The notes under the pieces are model-generated. The model was not told the DNA's origin. It saw only the letters and a program-made list of their open reading frames with translations, and did not search any database. Made by a program: the position numbers and the translations under genes. Positions 58,642 through 64,000 of a DNA stretch of 64,000 nucleotides are shown here, one piece after another. The stretch lies in assembly GCA_044347345.1 (NCBI GenBank), contig JBIKUX010000002.1:73235-137234 (forward strand). The letters are read 5' to 3'. Numbering within the stretch: position 1 is the first letter of the stretch; each line of letters begins with the position of its first letter. The DNA is from Bdellovibrionota bacterium (GTDB lineage Bacteria; Bdellovibrionota_C; UBA2361; JBIKUX01).

Positions 58642-60077
58642 CGACCTACCTCCTCAGCTAAGGATACTGCCTTATTTAGTGCCTTGAGTTTGTTTCGCAC
58701 TTCTTCACCTTCTCGCTCAACTATTGAACGAGCTACTACTCCACCTCCAGCTTGGGAGTAGAGAACGTTTTCTTTGCTGAGAAATGTTCTTATCATAATG
58801 GCGTGATTACATTCGCAATTAAAACCAAGAAATCCTAAACAACCCCCATAAAAAGCGCGTCCTCCCCGCTCATATTGATCAATAAGCTGCATAGCTCGGT
58901 GCTTTGGCGCGCCACTTAAAGTACCTGCAGGGAAGGTATCCATCAGTACAGTTAGTGGTGAAGTACCAGCCTTAAGCCTTCCAACCACTTTTGAAACAAG
59001 ATGAATAACGTGAGAGTAAAATTGCACTTCTTTAAAGCGTTCTACCTTTACATTTGAGCAATGTTTACTTAAGTCGTTACGAGCAAGATCTACCAACATA
59101 ACATGTTCAGCGGCTTCTTTTTCATCAGCAAGTAACGCCTTAGCTCGCTGTTGATCTTCTTCCTCACTTTCCCCTCGCGGAAATGTTCCTGCTATTGGAA
59201 ATAGAGAAGCTTCACGAGATTCGGTTATTATTAACTCAGCTTCTGGTGATGAGCCAAACAACTTATATTGGCCGTAGTCAAAGTAGAATAAATAGGGTGA
59301 GGGATTGATACTACGAAGCATTCGATAAACATTAAAATCATCTCCCTGGAAACATTGCGAAAATCGCCTAGACGGAACAATCTGAAAAATATCTCCTTGT
59401 TGAATATGGTTCTGTACTGACCTTACTACCTCAAGATATTCCTCATCAGTAAAATTGGAAAGCTCGGTTCCTACCTTCTTAAATGATGAAGCAGTAGCAG
59501 GTGGCGCTCGCTGAAACATGGCCTCAGCAAATCCATCAAGACTATCATAAGGATAGCTACTTCTTGCTTCGTGTCCTATAACTGAACTCCGAATAAGATA
59601 AAGTTCATTACGAAAATGATTTATAGCTATCAAATGTGAAAATACTGAGTAGCGAATCAATGGTATCGCCCGAGAGGGCTCCAACGTTTGAGATAATTTT
59701 ATCTTTTCAAAAAATTGAATCGCATCATAACAAATAAAGCCAAAAAGACCTTGTCTTATTATTTTTGGAGCTCCCTCTTGTATGATAAATGCCCCTCTAA
59801 AAGCTTCCAAACGCTCCGATACTACTTTAGGAGAGGTAATTTCCGTAATCACCGTAGATCCATCTGGATATACTTCTGTAACGCAACTATCTTGCACTTG
59901 GAAGGACGCTATCTCTCCAGTGGCAAGATATGAAAAAAGCTCAGTTGCTCCGCGGTATTCACCACTTTCAAGTAATACTGACGGTGTATTGTCCTGTCTC
60001 ATACGCAAAAACAGGCCTACTGGAGTGACTACGTCAGAAAGAAGCTTTTTATACTCATGTCGAAGATGAAAAGTCAT
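58638..60077 (-). CDS. trpE: Anthranilate synthase component I
   Basis: LLES, NPSPY, EHVMLVDLARND, FPAGTLSGAPK. Confidence 0.95.
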   Translation of the reverse strand: MTFHLRHEYKKLLSDVVTPVGLFLRMRQDNTPSVLLESGEYRGATELFSYLATGEIASFQVQDSCVTEVYPDGSTVITEITSPKVVSERLEAFRGAFIIQEGAPKIIRQGLFGFICYDAIQFFEKIKLSQTLEPSRAIPLIRYSVFSHLIAINHFRNELYLIRSSVIGHEARSSYPYDSLDGFAEAMFQRAPPATASSFKKVGTELSNFTDEEYLEVVRSVQNHIQQGDIFQIVPSRRFSQCFQGDDFNVYRMLRSINPSPYLFYFDYGQYKLFGSSPEAELIITESREASLFPIAGTFPRGESEEEDQQRAKALLADEKEAAEHVMLVDLARNDLSKHCSNVKVERFKEVQFYSHVIHLVSKVVGRLKAGTSPLTVLMDTFPAGTLSGAPKHRAMQLIDQYERGGRAFYGGCLGFLGFNCECNHAIMIRTFLSKENVLYSQAGGGVVARSIVEREGEEVRNKLKALNKAVSLAEEVGR

Positions 60078-60298
60078 GAAAATAACTTATTTAAATAAAC
60101 AATTAACAGACAATTTAGCAAATCATATTACCTGCCTTACATAGGGTATCATAGGTATTGATATCATGCAGGATGAGCTACACAATTTAAGTCACTCTGA
60201 TTTTTAGGTTGTGTATCCCTCAAGTTTGTATCAAAAAGAATCAAACCTTACAAAACTGCAGTAAATCAAATAAAAGCCTTAAAATTTTATAAATTTAG

Positions 60299-60592
60299 AT
60301 GTTTGAAGAAACTTTACAAATTTTTAACGGTCAAACTACTCTAGGAGCAATTGCTGAAATGTGCTTTAACGGAAATATGGAATGTGCTGTTAAATTGTTA
60401 GCTTCAGCCGCCTTTCAAACTGCAATTGCACAATTTTACTCAGGAGAACAATCTGAAGCCATTATTTACATGGATGATCAATATAATTTCTTAGATACAC
60501 CAGTTGAAAACGGGAGATGTAAAAAATTAGTGTTAAAAGTTGTAGTTACCGATAAGCGAGAGCCAATAATAACCGTTTCTGATGAACAATAA
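60299..60592 (+). CDS. Small hypothetical protein
   Basis: 97 aa ATG-started ORF in an otherwise empty interval. Confidence 0.55.
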   Translation: MFEETLQIFNGQTTLGAIAEMCFNGNMECAVKLLASAAFQTAIAQFYSGEQSEAIIYMDDQYNFLDTPVENGRCKKLVLKVVVTDKREPIITVSDEQ

Positions 60593-60747
60593 TAACTCTA
60601 TCCATCACTTTTTAAGAAAACATAATTTGAGCTATTTTTCAGATTTCCCTTAGTTTTACAATTTTGTAGTGCACATCCAGACTTTTTTGCGTCTAACCTA
60701 AGTTAGTAAGATCAAATATTAAAAAGTCCTAAAATAACTATAGTGAC

Positions 60748-62301
60748 ATGGGACACGAATATTTAAAAACCCCAATTAAAACCCCAAAATCAAAAAAAGA
60801 GGAAGGGTGTGCATTGACTGAACGCAAGTATGAACCGCCAGCTTCTAGAGAAAAACTTCTTAACTTTTCTCACGGAAAAAGTAATCTACCTGTTCAAATG
60901 CGAGGAGAGTGGACTGTTCTACGAAAAAACGAAACCCCATTTGCTGAGTTATTTTCCGTTTCCTACCTCACTGAACCCCCTGATTCAAAGCGTCCCATAA
61001 CTTTTGTTTTTAATGGTGGGCCAGGCGCCTCTAGTGCTTATCTTCATCTCGGTGCTCTTGGACCAAAAGGTGTAGCCTTTGGTAAAGCAGGCGAGATTCC
61101 TAACTCCCCATCTCTAAATACTAACCTAGATAGCTGGATACCATTTACTGACCTTGTATTTATAGACCCAATAGGAACAGGATTAAGTCGCTTAATATCG
61201 GAGGTTAAACATGAAAATACTCCACCAGATGATGGCAAAATCTCAGAGACTAAAAACTCTATTGAGCAAAATAACAACTATTTCTCTATAAATCGTGATT
61301 TGGAAAGTATCGGAGAATTTATTCAACGCTTTCTCTCATCGAACAATAGATGGTTATCTCCTATATTTCTTTGCGGTGAAAGTTACGGCGGCTATAGAGT
61401 AGCTAAACTCGTGCGAAAGCTTCCAAATGAATATGGCATAAGTGTGGCAGGAGCGATTCTAGTATCTCCGGCATTGGAACCAAATACACTTGATGGCTCA
61501 GATTACAATATTTCTCCGTGGATTGAGCGAATCCCAACCATGGCTGTAAGCGCTCTCTTTCATAATTGTTCTCCTCTATTGAGTTCACTAAAAGATGAAG
61601 CAGCAATAAAGAATGCAATAGATTTTGCCACCTCAGATTTTGCCGCCTGGCTCATCAAAGGCACTATGCTCGCAGCTAGCGAGCGTACCCAAATAATCAC
61701 TAAGGCTGCTGGCATACTCGGAGTATCAGAGTCTTTTCTTACAGCACGCGGAGGACGAATCAGTACAATAGACTTTGCTAATGAACTACTTAGGTCAAAA
61801 GGCTTGGTGACAGGACTATATGATGCATCACAGGTAACCTTTGACCCGTTTCCCGATCGAGCTGGACATCATACTCCGGATCCAACACTTCACCAGAGTG
61901 AACGAATCTTTACTTCTGGAATCCACCATCTTCTGTGGCATGATCTCGAACTCACTACTCAAAGGCGTTATCATCTCATGAGTCATCAGGTAAATATGTC
62001 ATGGAAAAATGATATGACTCAACACATTTTTCACACCCAATTCGGTGCTACAGATGATCTGCGATTTGGTATGGCACTTAACCCGTATCTCAAAGTGTGG
62101 GTAACCCACGGTCTTTATGACTTAGTGACACCTTTTTTTGCATCTGAACGACTACAATATTTAATGAAACTGCCACCTACTTTAGCCCAAAACCTCTCTT
62201 TCTCTCGATATCAGGGTGGACATATGTATTACACTTGGCCAAACTCAAGGAGACTATTCTCGGAAGACGCTCAATCTTTTTTTCAAAAAACCATGAACTA
62301 A
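60748..62301 (+). CDS. Serine carboxypeptidase, family S10
   Basis: FNGGPG, FIDPIGTG.S, GESYGG, G.YDLVTP, GGHMYY. Confidence 0.92.
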   Translation: MGHEYLKTPIKTPKSKKEEGCALTERKYEPPASREKLLNFSHGKSNLPVQMRGEWTVLRKNETPFAELFSVSYLTEPPDSKRPITFVFNGGPGASSAYLHLGALGPKGVAFGKAGEIPNSPSLNTNLDSWIPFTDLVFIDPIGTGLSRLISEVKHENTPPDDGKISETKNSIEQNNNYFSINRDLESIGEFIQRFLSSNNRWLSPIFLCGESYGGYRVAKLVRKLPNEYGISVAGAILVSPALEPNTLDGSDYNISPWIERIPTMAVSALFHNCSPLLSSLKDEAAIKNAIDFATSDFAAWLIKGTMLAASERTQIITKAAGILGVSESFLTARGGRISTIDFANELLRSKGLVTGLYDASQVTFDPFPDRAGHHTPDPTLHQSERIFTSGIHHLLWHDLELTTQRRYHLMSHQVNMSWKNDMTQHIFHTQFGATDDLRFGMALNPYLKVWVTHGLYDLVTPFFASERLQYLMKLPPTLAQNLSFSRYQGGHMYYTWPNSRRLFSEDAQSFFQKTMN

Positions 62302-62359
62302 ATTACAACAAAGACACCAAGATAATTTATCCAAATAATTTACATCTTAGAGCCTTAAG

Positions 62360-62926
62360 CTATCTGGCTTCCCACTCTTCACGTAAAATGCCACAGTATA
62401 CAACATCAACAAATTTCCCGTGGGTTTTTTGGTGCTGTCGCAAAATACCTTCTTTAATCATACCGAGTTTTTCCATCACCCGTAATGAACCTAAATTCTC
62501 AGCATTAGCATTTGCTGTTATGCGTCTAAGGTCTGGATAAGTTGAGAAACTAAGATCAATTATCGCTCTAGCTGCCCCGGTAATTAGCCCCTTACCCCAC
62601 AGTGACGGAGCGATACTATAACCCAATTCACCGTGGCAATTATTAAAATCAAATCTTACATTGAAACCACCAACAACCTTACCTTCAAATTCAATCGCAA
62701 ATGATGGATGAGTTAACCGATCTAGGGCTAGTTGCCTATTAATAAAATCAATTGCGTGCTGCCTTTTGTATGGTTGAGGAACTGGAAGAAACTTAGACCA
62801 ATTCGAATCTGTGGCATAAGCAAGAATATCTTCAAGGTCATTGAATGAATACTCTCTTAGGAGCAAAGCAAGAGGACGGATTGAAATTACATTGGGTAAG
62901 GACTGTAAATTTACATTATCATTCAT
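62360..62926 (-). CDS. GNAT acetyltransferase, RimJ/RimL type
   Basis: ELGYSIAP..WGKG, N.GS.RVMEKLGM..EG.LR, GILREEW. Confidence 0.9.
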   Translation of the reverse strand: MNDNVNLQSLPNVISIRPLALLLREYSFNDLEDILAYATDSNWSKFLPVPQPYKRQHAIDFINRQLALDRLTHPSFAIEFEGKVVGGFNVRFDFNNCHGELGYSIAPSLWGKGLITGAARAIIDLSFSTYPDLRRITANANAENLGSLRVMEKLGMIKEGILRQHQKTHGKFVDVVYCGILREEWEAR

Positions 62927-63126
62927 TATGGTTTTAGGTACGATGGTTGTCTATCTCGACAAATTGCGGACAAAAAACTCGATTTATCTGACCTTAATCC
63001 AGATAACTCCGAGCAATCAACCAATATGCTTCACGTTTTATTCCACCATCTGTACCACTTTCATCCTTCGTATCTCAAAAACCAGAAAAAAACTCTCTAA
63101 TACTAAAGGGTAGGATTATAAAAAAC

Positions 63127-63220
63127 TGGCGGAGAGAGAGGGATTCGAACCCTCGATACAGGTTTAAGCCCGTATACTCGCTTAGCAGGCGAGCACCTTC
63201 GGCCTCTCGGTCATCTCTCC
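63127..63220 (-). tRNA. tRNA-Ser(GCT), CCA encoded
   Basis: Reverse complement GGAGAGA...CTCGC-CTGCTAA-GCGAG...GGTTCGAATCC...TCTCTCCGCCA. Confidence 0.97.
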
Positions 63221-63226
63221 AAATTT

Positions 63227-63299
63227 TACGAATTTACACTGTCACTACGAATTTACACTGTCACTACGAATTTACACTGTCACTACGAATTTACACTGT
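63227..63299. repeat. Perfect tandem repeat, 19 bp x3.8 (TACGAATTTACACTGTCAC)
   Basis: Read directly from sequence; no spacers. Confidence 0.95.
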
Positions 63300-63356
63300 A
63301 AGCAATTCACTATATCACCAACAACAAAACACAATAAAATACGATAAAGTACAAAC

Positions 63357-63443
63357 CGGAGGGAGAGGGATTCGAACCCCCGGAACCGTTGCCGGTTCTC
63401 TGGTTTTCAAGACCAGCGCCATCGACCGCTCGGCCATCCCTCC
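63357..63443 (-). tRNA. tRNA-Ser(TGA), CCA not encoded
   Basis: Reverse complement GGAGGGA...CTGGT-CTTGAAA-ACCAG...long variable arm...TCCCTCCG. Confidence 0.96.
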
Positions 63444-63591
63444 ATTAGCTTATCTACTTTAAGCATCGTCAAGTAACACCGTGGTAGGGTACCGTACCTG
63501 CCCTTAATATGGCAAGAAGACCTGACAGACTCTTAAATATTTCATCTAATCTATCGAATCACTCTCCTTACTCACCATAATTTCGAGCTTT

Positions 63592-64000
63592 CTACGGGCG
63601 ACCGAAAATACTACGTTTAGACTTTCTTTGACTCATGATGTAGCGACGTCGATACCACCCTCGACGAGCAAGTAAGCAAAACTCTAAAAAAGCTCTCAAA
63701 GATGACTGCTCTTTTAAAACAACCCCTAAAAGAACCAAAATATTTCTCACAATTATCCCGGGGATAAAAGCTTTTGAGTCATACCACAATGACCAACAAT
63801 TAAGCTGCAACAGAAATCTATTTTTTACTCCAAGAGCATTAATCTCAGGTGGCAGTAATAATCTCCGCTCGGGCGTTACTCTTCGTACATGAATACAAGT
63901 TATATTGGGGAAAAGAATAAAGTGCCAACCGAGAATAATACTTCTCCAAGCAAGTTCTGCATCTTCACGATACGCAAAAAAAAGCTTCATCAAATAATTG
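63592..64000 (-). CDS. Family 2 glycosyltransferase, C-terminal fragment (start outside window)
   Basis: FFAYREDAELAWR...G and ..KNR motifs typical of GT2 C-termini. Confidence 0.75.
   Translation of the reverse strand, partial: NYLMKLFFAYREDAELAWRSIILGWHFILFPNITCIHVRRVTPERRLLLPPEINALGVKNRFLLQLNCWSLWYDSKAFIPGIIVRNILVLLGVVLKEQSSLRAFLEFCLLARRGWYRRRYIMSQRKSKRSIFGRP

Noticed and set aside
60078..60298. trp attenuator leader peptide or T-box
   Set aside because: The short upstream ORF (MISIPMIPYVRQVI) has no Trp codons; no T-box or terminator/antiterminator seen
63227..63299. Possible mini-CRISPR array (also 10142-10180)
   Set aside because: Units are head-to-tail with no unique spacers, are too short, and no cas genes are present

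Overview
AT-rich bacterial chromosomal window, mostly housekeeping genes. The gene set (DUF6178-like protein, pilG/H/I-like ABC cassette, pilD, sigma-54 activator, mlaEFDC, HDOD proteins) suggests a Bdellovibrionota/Myxococcota/deltaproteobacterial-type organism (inference). Recognisable genes include fumC, skp, folK, tadA, flgM, rlmH, uvrD/pcrA, rlmE, hisC-hisN, ettA, recJ, ctaB, gpsA, gyrA, pepA, a trpE-G-D-C-F-B-A-aroF operon and four tRNAs. No integrase, transposase, CRISPR array or rRNA was seen. The best leads are: (1) a divergent ACP + LeuA-like synthase / SDR + adenylate-forming ligase cassette at 10.8-14.5 kb; (2) a phased array of DnaA boxes upstream of uvrD; (3) sigma-28-like promoters before flgM, an HDOD gene and an orphan next to a type III chaperone-like gene; (4) a frameshifted methyltransferase-like orphan with a possible decayed paralogue upstream; (5) a GC-rich intergenic element at 29.0-29.2 kb; (6) a Bacteroidota-like trp operon; and (7) several catalytically degenerate signalling proteins. 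All family calls come from motif recognition by eye, not database searches.
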